Numbered from the stretch's first letter, positions 27,271 through 40,334 are shown. The stretch: 64,000 nucleotides of DNA from Octopus vulgaris (GCA_951406725.2 OX597831.1:27404001-27468000), one strand, 5' to 3'. Program-made: numbers and translations. The notes: generated by a model from the sequence alone, not told the origin.

Positions 27271-28351
27271 GTAAATTTATTTTTATTTTGATTAATTTAT
27301 ATATATATATATATACGACCAGTTTCTTTCAGTTTCTGTCTGCTAAGTCCACTTATAAGGTTTTGGTTGGCCTGAAGCTGTAGTAAAAGACACTTGCCCA
27401 AGGTGCCATGCAGTTGGACTGAACCTGGAACCATGTGGTTGGGAAGCAAGCTTCTTACCACCGAACCATGCCTTTATTGATTTTTATTTTTTTAAAGGTT
27501 GCTTTCTTGATTTCTGCAATGTCACGTGGTGAAGCTAAGCCACCCATTGTTGTCCTTCGTAGATCTGTCATTGACAGCATAAGCAGGGTTAAGTAAGTCA
27601 TCGTAATAATATGTAATATTTCCATTGGTTGCTGACAGCTACTTGTCTCTTTCTAGGTTTTATGACATCATTACACCTGAGGGGTGTTCGACTCAGTGTA
27701 CTGAAAAGCGTCGAGATGACTAATACACTGGGAGTGGAGTCTTACTGATAGGAAATGTGCACACACACACACACACATGCATGCGCATGCACATCCATGC
27801 ACACACAAACAAATGTGTGCGTATGTGTGTGTGTGATTGTCATGTACCTTTATGATTTGTAACTTAGCAATTCAAAAAGCAGAGTATCATCATCATTTAG
27901 CATCTGCTTTCCATGCTGGCATAGGTCAGACGGTTTGACTGGGACTGGCAAGCTGAAGAACTGTACAAGGTTCCATTCTGATTTCGATTGGTTTGTACAG
28001 CTTGATGTCCTTCCTAATGCCAACCACCCCAAGAGTGTAGTGGGTGTCTTTTACATGCTAGTGGTACAGGTGCCTTTTGTGTAAATGGCACGGGTGCCTT
28101 TTACGTATCAATGGCATGGGTGCCTTTTATGTGTGACCAGCTACTGGCCATGACAATATGACAATATAATAAATTCCAGACAGATACAAGAACTGAGGCC
28201 TATAATGAATGACCAAACCCTTGAAGGTAATATCCCAGCATGGCTGCAGTCCAATGATTTGAGCCTGTAAAACGATTCAATGATTCAAGATTGTACATAT
28301 ATATATATATATATGCACATCTCTTTCTCTCTCTCTATATATATATTTGTA

Positions 28352-28390
<39 letters not shown>

Positions 28391-29689
28391 ATCCAGCCAA
28401 TGCCAGTATGGAAAAATGAGCATAAAAAAATGACAATGATGATGATGCTGGTGATGATAATGATGATAACGGTGATGATGACGATGGTAATGATGTGTGT
28501 GTATATATACAGTATAAGCTTTATTCAATACAAAATCTACACAAAGGATATATTTTTTAATAAATACACAGCATTTTGCTCTCAGCCATGATTGCAGTGT
28601 TTCATAATTATAAACCGTTAAGTACAAAGTGCAGACAAAGCAAAACGTGAGGGTGGTGGAGATGGAGGGAGCAATAAATAATATAAAAAAAAAAACGAAC
28701 AACAAAAAAAAAAACAGATTTTCTTTCTCCCAATTAACTAAAGTAACAACTTATTGATCAGCAGCATTTATTGATTAATTATATATTTTTATGTTCCAGA
28801 CAAGGAAAACGGTACGCTTTTAATATATTTTTTCCGGTAGGGGGAGCTAGCTGGTGCTGCCCCTGCAGCATCAGTGGATGGTGTTGCAAGAGGCACAGAT
28901 CATCATCATCATCATCATCTGAATGTCCACTCTTCCATGCTTGAATGTGTTGGATGGAATTCATTAAGACTGATTTTCTACAGCTGGATGCCCTTCCTGT
29001 CATCAACCCTTACCCGTTTCCCTGTGACCAGACATGTTTTCAAGGAAGATTGCTCATGAAAGACTCTTGTTTACAACTATCATGTGATGTCAAGACAAGG
29101 AAATACAAACACTCACACATATATATGCGATAGGCTTCTTTAAGTTTCCGTCTACCAAATCCACTCAATAGGCTTTGGCCTGCAGTCAGAGACAGCTGCC
29201 CAAGGTTCCCACAGGAACCATGCAACTGGGAAGCAAACTTCTTACCACACAGCTACACCATGAGAGAATTTGAACTCAGAACATAAAGATGGACAAAATG
29301 CTGCCAAACATTTTACCTGGTGCACTAACGATTCTGCCAGCTCACCACCTTAGCATTATTGTATAATATTGGTTTCATATTTTGGCACAAAGTCACCAAT
29401 TTTAGGGATGGGGTTAAGTTGATTACATTAACCCCAGTACTCAACTGGTACTTATTTTATCAACCTCAAAAGGATTAAAGGCAAAGTCAACCACAGCAAA
29501 ATTTGAACTTAGAACATAAAGACAGACAAAATTCTGCTAAGTGTGCTAACGATTCTGTCAACTCACAGCCTAAGTATCAAATACATAATATTACTATGAA
29601 GAATTTTCAATCCTTTACTTCCCACATAACCCACATTATCAATATAACTATTATGATAGTGTTCTTGTTGACTGTTCATTCTACAACAT

Positions 29690-30335
29690 CAACCCTTTGG
29701 AAATATGCTGTGCTTGAGAAGACTCGGAAAACCAAGTGACACCATAACCTCATGGCCTATGCCAGGGGTGTAACCAGCCCACTTATGCATACCTTTCCTT
29801 CATTGGACACTAAACTCTGCTTGCAAAGACCTGTTGAGGCAAGTTAAATTGAAATCAAAATCAAATTCGATGACTAGCATCCGTGCTAGTGGAGCGCTAA
29901 GAGTACCATCCGAGCGTGATCGTTGCCAGAGCAACAAACTGGCTTCCGTGCCAGTGGCATGTAAAAAGCACCATTCGAGCGTGATCATTACCTGCGTCAC
30001 CTTACTGGCACTTGTGCTGGTGGCATGTGAAAACCATTCAAGCGGGGTCGTTGCTAGTGCTGCTGGACTGGCTCCTGTGCAGGTGGCACATAAAAAGCAC
30101 CATTTGAGTGTAGCTGTTGCCAGTACCGCCTGGCTATCCCTCGTGCCGGTGGCAGGTAAAAGCACCTACTACACTCTTGGAGTGGCTGGTGTTAGGAAAG
30201 GCATCCAGCTGTAGATTCTCTGCCAGATCAGATTAGAGCCTGGTGTAGCCATCTAGTTTGCTAGACCTCAGTCAAATCATCCAGCCCATGCTAGCATAGA
30301 AAGCGGACATTAAACGATGATAATGATGATGATGA
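29690..30335 (+). mobile_element. RTE LINE 3' end with long 3'UTR
   Basis: WKYAVLEKTRKTK*, then 3'UTR with GTGCC.GTGGCAC hairpin array and (GAT)n tail. Confidence 0.8.
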
Positions 30336-30546
30336 TATAAAGTATCTACCAAGAAAATAGAATTGGTATTTTCTGCAAGTCATGATGCCTCAATAAACTT
30401 GACATATCTCAGCAAAAAAATAGTTTCAGACCTGACATTCCTCAACTACAGATACATCTGTATTTAGAACTACTTTCTGCAGTTGAGGGTTATGAAATTT
30501 TGAGTGGACATATCTGATTTCTGCAGTGAAAGGGTTAATGTAAAAG

Positions 30547-30773
30547 AAACTTTTCTACTTTAGGCACAGGGCCCGAAATTTTGGGGGAGTGTGTGTGTGG
30601 GGTGGAGTCGATTAGATCAACCCCAGTATGCAACTGGTACTTAATTTATCGACCCCAAAAGGATGAAAGGCAAAGTTGACCTCAGTGGAATTTGAACTCA
30701 GAACGTAAAAACAGACGAAATACTGCTAAGCATTTTGCCTGGTGTGCTAACATTTCTGTCAGCTCGCCGCCTT
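30547..30773 (-). mobile_element. SINE family B, alternative tail type
   Basis: 14-bp TSD GGTTAATGTAAAAG at 30533-30546 and 30774-30787. Confidence 0.85.
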
Positions 30774-31032
30774 GGTTAATGTAAAAGTATGACATGATAT
30801 AGATGCGAGTAGTCTCCAGACCTCTGTTGAACATTTTACAGGTAATTACGTCAAAGGTAAATCAGAGAACATTTAAAAGCAAAAGATTTGTGGTAGTTAA
30901 GGACAAATGGTAGAAATTAGAGCCAATATTATAGAGAATTCTTTGACAAATTCCATGAAGAACAACAAAACAATATTTGCTATTATGTAAAAACAGAAGA
31001 ATAAAAACAATTTGAAAACAAAAACAGAACAT

Positions 31033-31038
31033 TTTATT
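31033..31038 (-). promoter_or_regulatory. Candidate polyadenylation signal of HPDL-like gene
   Basis: First AATAAA I could find on the minus strand downstream of the stop, about 950 nt away. Confidence 0.4.
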
Positions 31039-31229
31039 TTTTGGAAAATATTCTTTAGACATTGAGGTGCTGGTGGTGGTAGTGGTTGCTGTAATGATGG
31101 TGGTGTTGGCAGTGGTGTGTGACCCCTAAGTTAGCCTTCACTCAGGAGTCTTATGACAAGGTACATTGTGATAAAGTAATGAATGAAACAAACAATAAAA
31201 AAGATTAATAACTAAAACCACCCAAGCCC

Positions 31230-31890
31230 CACTCACACTCAGTTATATCACCCAATTCCTCAATACCTCCACTTACACTTAGTTACACCACCCAACTCTA
31301 CAACACCTCTCACTCACACTCAGTTATATCACCCAACTCTACAACACCTCTCACTCACACTAAGATATATCACCCAACTCTACAACACACCTCCACTCAT
31401 ACTCAGTTACACTACTCAATTCTTCAATGCCTCCACTCACACTCAGTTACACCACCCAACACTACAACATCTCTCACTCACATTCAGTTACATCACCAAA
31501 CTCCAGAACATTTCAACTCACACTCAGTTATACCACTCAACTCTGCAGCAAACCTCCACTTACACTCAGTTACAACACCACTCCACTCAGACTCAATTGC
31601 AATTCACAAACAGCATACCTCCACTCAGATTCAATTACAATTCACACACAGCATACCTCCACTCACACTCAGTTACAATTCACTCACACTGAATTACATC
31701 ACCAAACTCCAAAACACCTCCACTCACACTCAGTTATACCACCCAACTCCTGAACACCTCCACAACACATGTCCACTCATGCTCAGTTACACCACCTAAC
31801 TCCGCAACACCCTACCCCCTCTCACACTCAATTATATCACCCAACTTTGCAACACCTTTACTCACATTCAACTCACCTCCCCACTCACCC
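31230..31890. repeat. Minisatellite (unit about 40 bp) in putative HPDL 3'UTR
   Basis: Unit approximately CACTCACACTCAGTTACACCACCCAACTCTACAACACCTC, diverged copies. Confidence 0.9.
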
Positions 31891-31983
31891 AAGTATCTAT
31901 TTAGTTCTGCATCACCACCACCACAAGCAATAATATAGGCATGTGTGTGTGTTTGAGTGAAAGTGTGTGTGTGTATGTAAGTA

Positions 31984-32155
31984 TCACACATCATGTTGTT
32001 GTTGTTGTTGTTCTGTCTGTAGCAGAGCTTGTAGGGACCTCCAGAGCGCTATGATATTGTTGGCACCAAACCCTGTGGCTCCCATTCTTTGGATGATTTC
32101 AAAGAAGAATGTGTTCACCTCAAAGATTGGTTTCGTAAACTTCTGCAGCAGATAC
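31984..32155 (-). CDS. HPDL: HPDL-like exon 5 (last coding exon)
   Basis: Acceptor ttttgcAG, phase 2. Encodes (K)[63 protein letters not shown] has the Fe-ligand Glu; GATGFG.NI.ALW is HPDL-like. Total CDS 1362 nt = 453 aa plus stop. Confidence 0.93.
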
Positions 32156-32204
32156 CTGCAAAAACAAAGACAAACAAATAAATAAATAAATAAACAAACA
32201 AATA

Positions 32205-33486
32205 GGTGTTGGCATGGCTGTGTGGTAAAAAGTTTGCTTCCCAGCCATATGGTTCCAGGTTCAGTCCCACTGCTTGGCACCTTGGGCAGGCAAATGTCAC
32301 CTACTATAGCTTCAGATCAACCAAAGCCTTGTGAATGGATTTGATAAGCAGAAACTGAAAGAAGCCCCTTGCGTATATGCGTGTGCTTGTGTCTGTGTTT
32401 GTCCTCCACTCACTGCCTGGCGACTGGTGCGGGTGTGTTTATGTCCCCATAACTTAGTGATTTGGCAAAAGGGATCGATAGAATGAGTACTGGGGTTGAT
32501 TTATTTGACTAGAATTCTTCAAGGTGGTGCCCCAGTATGGCCACAATCTATTGACTGAAACAAGTAAAAGATAAAGCAAACAAACAAGTATATATATGTA
32601 AATAAAATTATATATATGTAAATAAAATATATATATAAAAAATAAAATATATATATAAAATCTATAAAATCATCATCATTGTTTAACGTCCATTTTCCAT
32701 GCTGGCATGGGTTGGACGGTTCAACTGGAATCTGGGAAGCCAGGAAGCTGCACCAGGCTCCAGTCTGATCTGGCAGTGTTTCTACAGTTGGATGCCCTTC
32801 TTAATGCCAACCACTCCATGAGTGTAGTGGGTTCTTTTTACATGCCACTGGCACGGGTATCTTAACTACAATTTCCAAAAAGAATAAAATATATATGTAA
32901 ATAAAATTAACACTTTGCTTGTCTTGTGTATCACATGTGACATACAGGACGTGTTTCCCTGATGTCCATGTTTCACATATGATACACATTTTCAATTATT
33001 TTCACCCACCAGAGTAACCTGGGACTTAAAGCTTTATATTACTCAAAACATATGAAAGAGGGCTTAACAAAAAGTCTGAAAACAAGCATAAAGATTTAAG
33101 GATTTAAGGTGCAGGAGTGGCTGTTTGCTTACCAACCACATGGTTCTGGGTTCATTCCCACTGCGTGACACCTTGGGCAAGTGTCTTCTACTGTAGCCTC
33201 GGGTCGACCAAAGCCTTGTGAGTGGATTTGGTAGATGGAAACTGAAAGAATCCAGTCATATATATATATATGTGTGTGTGTTTGTGTGTATTTGTCCCCC
33301 CAACATCGTATGACAACCGATGCTGGTGTGTTTATGTCCCTGTAACTTAGCAGTTCAGCAAAAGAGACCGATTGAATAAGTACTAGGTTTCCAAAGAATA
33401 AGTCCTGGGGTCGATTTGCTCGACTAAAGGCGGTGCTCCAGCATGGCTGCAGTCAAATGACTGAAACAAGTAAAAGAGTAAAAGAG
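32205..33486 (+). mobile_element. Two SINE family A copies (about 32205-32575 and 33108-33486) with an RTE tail between them
   Basis: Colinear with family consensus; within HPDL intron 4. Confidence 0.8.
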
Positions 33487-34289
33487 GCAAAAAGATTAAT
33501 TCTCTGTTTGTTATATTTCAGAAGAAATTTATCGAGTGTCCTTGTAATGTTTTCTCATTGTTGCCCCTGTGGCAAATAATAACTACTATTATTGATGTGG
33601 TTGTTTAACCCTTTGCCTGCCCTACATATCACATGGTGATAAGCAGAGAACACATTAAACCTACATAGTACCTATATAAATAGGACTAATTGAGCTGTTT
33701 CTCTGCAAATTGGAAAAATTATGAACAACAATAGATTTTCAAATCTTATTGGGATCTCATCAGAGGCATTTTGCATCAATCTGATCCATCCCAGAGAAAC
33801 AAGCAGCCAATCTGTTTATATATCAAACAATTGCAGTTGCTAGGGAAACCTGGGATTACTAACTTGCATACCATTAGTGTTAGCACTCTTTTTTAAACAT
33901 CAGGGGCCTGTCAATTCATTTTCACCCACCAGAGTAACTTGGGACTTAGGAAGAGAAAGCTTTATATTTATTGAGAACATATGAAACAAGAGCTAACTAA
34001 ACATGGACTTTTCGGACAAAAGTATGAAAATACTTTGGACAGGCAAAGGGTCAAATTAGATAAAAATATTCCCCAAAATCTGAGGTTTTGATTTTGTTGT
34101 AACAGTTGAGCTCTCTCTGGCAAAACAAAAGTAAAACAGACAAAAATAACATATTCAAAAATCCCGTGAGGTTTCAACTAGGGTTATACCAAAGCCCCCC
34201 CCCCCCACAGATGGGGTGTAAGGAGGGTGTTAACAATGCCAAGGAATCAAAAGACAGTTTTGGGAGGTTCACTGAATAGTAACAACAAT

Positions 34290-34513
34290 AATAATAGATT
34301 CTGATTTAAGCACAAGGCCAACAATTTTAAGAGTAGGGGATTTGTTGATACCATCAACCCCAGCACTTGACTGGAACCTTAATTTATTGATTGTTAAGGG
34401 ATGAAAGGTCAAGTTGACCTCAGCGGGATTTGAACACAAAATGCAGAGCTGAAATAAATACCACAAGGCATTATATCCGAATTTCTGATGATTCTGTCAA
34501 TTCACCTTCTTAT

Positions 34514-34557
<44 letters not shown>

Positions 34558-37325
34558 TTGAGCTGGCAGAAATGTTAGCACACTGGGCGAAATTCTTAGT
34601 GGTATTTCGTCTGTCTTTACGTTCTGAGTTCAAATTCCACTGAGGTCGACTTTGCCTTTCATCCTTTCGGGGTCAATAAATTAAGTATCAGTTGTGTACT
34701 GGGGTCAATCTAATCAACTGGCCTTCTCCCCAAAGATTTCAGGCCTTGTGCCTAGAGCAGAAAATAATAATATAAGTCGACCTTAGTGGAATTTGAACTC
34801 AGAGTGTAAAGCATATGGTGTGCTGAGAAGAAGAAAGAAGAACACTTTCCAATTTTTGCCAGCAGTTTTTTTTTAAAGATGGTTTCAGCAGGATTTGAAC
34901 TCAGAATGTTAGGAGCTAGAACAAATGTTAAGCATTTTGTCTGATGTGCTAACAATTCTGCCAGCTTAGTTTCTCACTTAGGCACAAAGCAACAAAATGT
35001 TTTTAAAGGACAGGCTTAAAGCTGGTGATATTGACCCCAGTATTTGACTGGTATCTATTTTATCAGCTTCAAAATTCAAGTTGCTACATGGTCACTAAAC
35101 TTGCTAGAAATAGCAGCTAAATCATGCTCATATCATACTTACAACCTTACAAATTAAAGCCGTTATATTATGTATTTTGGTGTACATGCCTAAAAGTAGA
35201 TGGGATGATCAAATCTGGAATATCTTTGATCATAAGTCTATTCTATCAAGGCTGATTTAGGATTAAAAAAGAAAAAAAAAAAACTAATAAATTTGAAAGA
35301 ATGAAATACAAAGGGAACCTCAGCAGAATTTGAACTTGGAACATGAAGGGAGATAACTCTATATCTCCCAGTATAATAATAATAATAATAATTGTGTACA
35401 GTGCTCAGGTGCACTACAACTCATCTAAAGTGTATATATAATCAGGTGTAGTTTCGGCGGATTTCGGAAAGCATGAGGGCCTTAAAAGGCGTGCTGGCAG
35501 AATCGTTAGCACGCCGGGCGAAATGCTTAGCGGTATTTCGTCTGCCGTTACGTTCTGAGTTCAAATTCCGCCGAGGTCGACTTTGCCTTTCATCCTTTTG
35601 GGGTCGATAAATTAAGTTCCAGTTACGCACTGGGGTCGATATAATCGACTTAATCCGTTTGTCTGTCCTTGTTTGTCCCCACTGTGTTTACCTCATTCTG
35701 GGTAGTAAAGAAATAGGTATTTCGTCTGTCTTTAAGTTCTGAGTTCAATTTCCGCCGAAGTCGACTTTGCCTTTCATCCTTTCGGGGTCGATAAATTAAG
35801 TACCAGTTACGTACTGGTGTCGATCTAATCGACTGGCCCCTCCCCCAAAATTTCGGGCCTTGTGCCTAGAGTAGAAAAGAATAATCTTAATTCTCTCTAA
35901 TTTTGGCACAAGGCCAGAATTTTTGAGGGAAGGGGCAAGGATAAAAGGCAAGGTTGATCTTGGCTGGATTTGAAATCTGAGCGTAAAGAGCTGGAATAAA
36001 TGTTGCTAAATATTTTGTCTATTGCTCTGAGAATTCTGCCAGTTCCTCACTCTAATAATAATAATAATAATAATAATTTCAAATTTTGGCCTAAGGCCAG
36101 TAAGTTTAGGAGAGGAATGAGTCAATTACATCGACCCCAATGTTTCACTGGTACTTATATTATTGACCCCCGAAAGGCTGAAAGACAAATTCAAACTCTG
36201 TGGAATTTGAACCCAGAATGTAAAGACTGATGAAGTGCTGGTAAGCATTTGACCGGGCATGCTAATGATTCTGCCAGTTTGCTGCCTTCATAATGGTCTC
36301 AGATTTAGGCACAAGTAATTTTAGGCCAGTAATTTTGGAGGAGGGGGTTAGTCAATTACATCGATCCCCAGTATTCAACTGGTACTTATTTTATCAATCC
36401 CAAAATGATGAAAGGCAGAGTCTACCAGTTCTGCTAGCTCACCACCTTTATAATAACAATAATTCCTTTTATTTCCACAAGGGTAATAAACTCCATAAAT
36501 TTATAGAAGCAGGGTATATATTTAAATACTTTTTTATATCTTGGTAGAACTAGAATATATATTTACTTAACTGCCTCTGTACTCTTTTCGTGTGGTACTC
36601 TGTATCGCTTCTATGTTCTGTTAGGTACTCTGTGTGCCTCTTCAACAACATTGTCATACCATCGGCAATATATGTGGCGGAAACATGGAAGACATTGGCA
36701 AAGATACTGCGAAGGCTCAATGTATTTCAACTGCAATACTTCTGGCGGATACTGTGAATATCATACGAGGACCACATCACCAACGATGAGATACATCGCT
36801 GAACTGATACCCATCTACTCCATGACGTTGTCACTGAGCACTGCTTACAATTCGCAGGCCATGTACTCCGATTACCATCTGGTCAAAGGAAACCTGCTCA
36901 ACAAATTCCATCTGATGCACACAAGCATGGAAATGTGAACATTAAAACAATGTCGATGAAGATGAAGAATTTAGTATAACAACTTTGTCCTTATTAAGCT
37001 GGTACTTATTTAATCAACCCTGAAAGGATGAAAGGCAAAGTTGACCTCAGCAGAATTTGAACTCAGAACATAGCTGCAGACGAAATACCTATTTCTTTAT
37101 TACCCACAAGGGGCTAAACATAGAGGGGACAAACAAGGACAGACATAGATATTAAGTCGATTACATCGACCCCAGTGTGTAACTGGTACTTAATTTATCG
37201 ACCCCGAAAGGATGAAAGGCAAAGTCGACCTCAGCAGAATTTGAACTCAGAACATAGCAGCAAACGCAATACCACTAAGCATTTCACCCGGCGTGCTAAA
37301 GATTCTGCCAGCTCACTGCCTTGAA
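34290..37325. mobile_element. Dense cluster of SINE family B copies in both orientations (HPDL intron 4)
   Basis: Plus: about 34560-34765 and 35488-35882. Minus: about 34300-34510, 36080-36290, 36300-36450 and 37000-37322. Confidence 0.85.
36630..36830 (+). mobile_element. Degenerate RTE LINE fragment
   Basis: FNNIVIPSAIYVAETWKTLAKILRRLNVFQLQYFWRIL*ISYEDHITNDEIHR, matching the RTE YGCETW...RRIL.I.W.D.ITNEEV region. Confidence 0.8.
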
Positions 37326-37482
37326 TGCCAACTCGCCACCAAGGCAATAAAATAAAGTACCACTCGAGTACTGGCGTCACTGTAATCGTCTCACCCTTCC
37401 CCTCAAAATAGCAGACCTTGTGCCAAAATCAGAACCATTATTTCTTGAAGTGTCAGTGATTGCATATGAGGCTGCCTTATCG

Positions 37483-37818
37483 GTTGTGGTGCTGTTGTGT
37501 TGTTGTTTAACCCTAGTACAGCCCTGATAGAGTAACCAGACCTATGACCAAAGACATCCCATTGTAATTGAGTGTGAGTGAAGGTATGCTGTGTGTGAAT
37601 TGTAATTGAATCTGAGTGGAGGTATGCTGTTTGTGAATTGTAATTGAGTCTGAGTGGAGTGGTGTTGTAACTGAGTGTAAGTGGAGGTTTGCTGCAGAGT
37701 TGGGTGGTATAACTGAGTGTGAGTTGAAATGTTCTGGAGTTGTGGTGCTGTTGTGTTGTTGTTTAACCCTAGTACAGCCCTGATAGAGTAACCAGACCTA
37801 TGACCAAAGACATCCCAT
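37483..37818. repeat. 80-bp perfect direct repeats enclosing an inverted copy of 31499-31679
   Basis: 37483-37562 is identical to 37739-37818; 37561-37741 is the reverse complement of 31499-31679 with 4 transitions. Confidence 0.95.
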
Positions 37819-37840
37819 ATAACTCAACAGCCATACTTAC

Positions 37841-37959
37841 TTTGCCTTTTTGTCACCGTGGGTTTTGTCATTACCATACTCAACATCAACCAAGATACCG
37901 AGGTCTTCCAGTCTTGAAACTGATTCCTTCATGTTTAAATCTTTCAACATTCCATTTAT
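37841..37959 (-). CDS. HPDL: HPDL-like exon 4 (not in the ORF track)
   Basis: Acceptor ttatattccAG, donor AA|GTAAGT. 119 nt, phase 0 to 2. Encodes INGMLKDLNMKESVSRLEDLGILVDVEYGNDKTHGDKKA, with the family GILVD motif. Confidence 0.9.
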
Positions 37960-38557
37960 CTGGAATATAAAATATTGTTTGTTGGTACCAGTAGTATCGG
38001 GTATTGGTGGTGGTTGTAAGGGTAGAAATGGTGAGGGTTGTTGTATTATATGTATGAGTAGTAGTAGTGTTAGTGGTAGTAGTCATTTTGGCGGGGAGGC
38101 AGTGGTGGTGGTGATAATGATGAAGATAGGTGGTGGTAGTAGTGGTGGTGGTGATGATAGCGATGGTGAAGGTAGTGGTAGTGGTGATTGTGATTGCAAT
38201 CTTGATGGTGATTATGATGTTGAGGATAGTGGTGGTGGTGGTAGTTGTGATTGTGATGATGGTTAGGATGAATATGGTGGTGGTGGTTGTGATTGCAATA
38301 ATGATGGTGATTATAATAATAATAATAATAATAAAACATTGTGTACAGTGCTCAGGTGCACTACAACTCATCTAAAGTGTATATATAATCAGGTGTAGTT
38401 TCGGCGGATTTCGGAAAGCATGAGGGCCTTAAAGGATGCATCATTATGATGATGAGGATAATGGTGGTGGTGGTTGTGATTGTTAATGAGATGATTATGA
38501 TGATGTAGTGACTGTGATGATGGTGGTGGTGGTGGTGGTAAATAAATTATAATCCAC

Positions 38558-38709
38558 CTCTTTGTAATAAGTATGTGGAGGGTCCACAAACTGTAGACCC
38601 TGTTGCTTCAGACGGCTGACAGTGTCGACTATGTTCCCTGTATGAAGGGCAACATGCTGGATCCCTGGACCTTTGTGATCCTTCAGAAATGTGTCCACTT
38701 GGTTTGGTT
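38558..38709 (-). CDS. HPDL: HPDL-like exon 3
   Basis: Acceptor tatcatttcAG. 152 nt, phase 1 to 0. Encodes (E)PNQVDTFLKDHKGPGIQHVALHTGNIVDTVSRLKQQGLQFVDPPHTYYKE; GPGIQHVAL has the second Fe-ligand His. Donor GAG|GTGGAT is weak. Confidence 0.92.
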
Positions 38710-38789
38710 CTGAAATGATAAACACGATAAGAAGTTTATCTACTGGAAATAGAAAAAAAAAAGCTATGTGTATATATGTACATACATAT

Positions 38790-39335
38790 ACCATCCGAAC
38801 GTGGCCGATGCCAGCGCCGCCTTGGCTGGCTTCCGTGCCGGTGGCACGTGAAAAGCACCAACCGATCGTGGCTGATGCCAGACTCCCCTGGCACCTGTGC
38901 CGGTGGCACGTAAAAAGCACCCACTACACTCGCGGAGTGGTTGGTGTTAAGAAGGGCATCCAGCTGTAGAAACACTGCCAGATCAGACTGGAGCCTGGCG
39001 CACATTCCTGGCTTCCCAGACCCCAGTCGAACCGTCCAACCTATGCTAGCATGGAAAACGGATGTTAAGCGATGATGATTTCGAGCCGGGTCGTCTGCTG
39101 CTGGAGAGGACCGACCAGGTAAAGGACCTGGGTATACTGGTGGATACTGGCACCTGTGCCAGTGGCACGTAAAAACACCCACTACACTCGCGGAGTGGTT
39201 GGTGTTAAGAAGGGCATCCAGCTGTAGAAACACTGCCAGATCAGACCGGAGCCTGGTGCAGCCCCTGGCTTCCCAGACCCCGGTCGAACCGTCCAACCCG
39301 TGCTAGCACGGAAAACGGACGTTAAGCGATGATGA
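38790..39335 (+). mobile_element. Tandem RTE-type tails separated by a short CR1-like RT fragment
   Basis: Tails at about 38888-39079 and 39147-39335; filler 39080-39147 reads EPGRLLLERTDQVKDLGILVD. Confidence 0.75.
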
Positions 39336-39685
39336 TATACATACACACACACATATATATATAAATTAATATAAACAGCTAGGTGCAATGTAATACCACA
39401 AAAGAAAATTTTAATTATCACCAAATGTAACTAAGGGTGCAAAAGCACCTACATTGCTAGAAATAAGAGTTAAAATACTCTTAATGCTGTAAGTTGAGTG
39501 CAATATATACATGGTCAAACTGAACATTACAAATAACAAAACAATAGTAAGACGCACATATGGAGGACATTCAGGAAAGATGCGAAAAAAAGAGTGGATT
39601 TTTTACTTTACAAGCATAGCTCTTCATCAAATGGAGAAAGGAAAGGTCCGAAGAAGGAAAAAGTCCACAAAAAGCACTTGTGTGG

Positions 39686-39725
<40 letters not shown>

Positions 39726-40297
39726 TCATCATCATCATTTAATGCCTGCTTTCCATGCTAGCATGGGTTGCACGATTTGACTGAGGGCTGGTGAACCAGA
39801 TGGCTGCACCAGGCTTCAATCTTGATTTGGCAGAGTTTCCACAGCTGGATGCCCTTCCTTACGCCAACCACTCCGAGAGTGTAGTGGGTGCTTTTATGTG
39901 CCACTGACATGAGGGCCAGTCAGGCAGTTCTGGCAACGACCTTGCTGAAATCTTTTACACATATAAAATTAGTGTACATTTAAACACAAAAGAGGCGACC
40001 CTTAACAGGCAGCCTTACATGCTAGAAGTAGCATGTAAGGCTGTTGAAACACTCCTGTCACAACCTGGGACCTTGAAGACTGCTTTAATGCAAGAAAGTA
40101 TACAAGTTCCTTAATATTTCATATTCAGTATTTCATCTATTCAATAAGACAATCAATAATTCATTTCATTTTACTACATATTCTATTTACACTATATATT
40201 CTATATTCTACATTAATATTATAAAGAATATAAATAAAACATAAAAAACAGACAGAATTGGAATTCCTTTGAATAATATATATATATATATATATAT

Positions 40298-40334
<37 letters not shown>

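Noticed and set aside
26848-27291. Gly/Asp-rich 147-aa ORF (also 37850-38375)
   Set aside because: Trinucleotide tract continuing a retroelement tail or lying in an intron; no splice signals linking it to a gene.
39100-39147. KDLGILVD resembling HPDL exon 4 (EDLGILVD) as a duplicated exon
   Set aside because: Opposite strand, no splice sites, and the preceding LERTDQVKDLG fits the CR1 RT motif; treated as coincidence.
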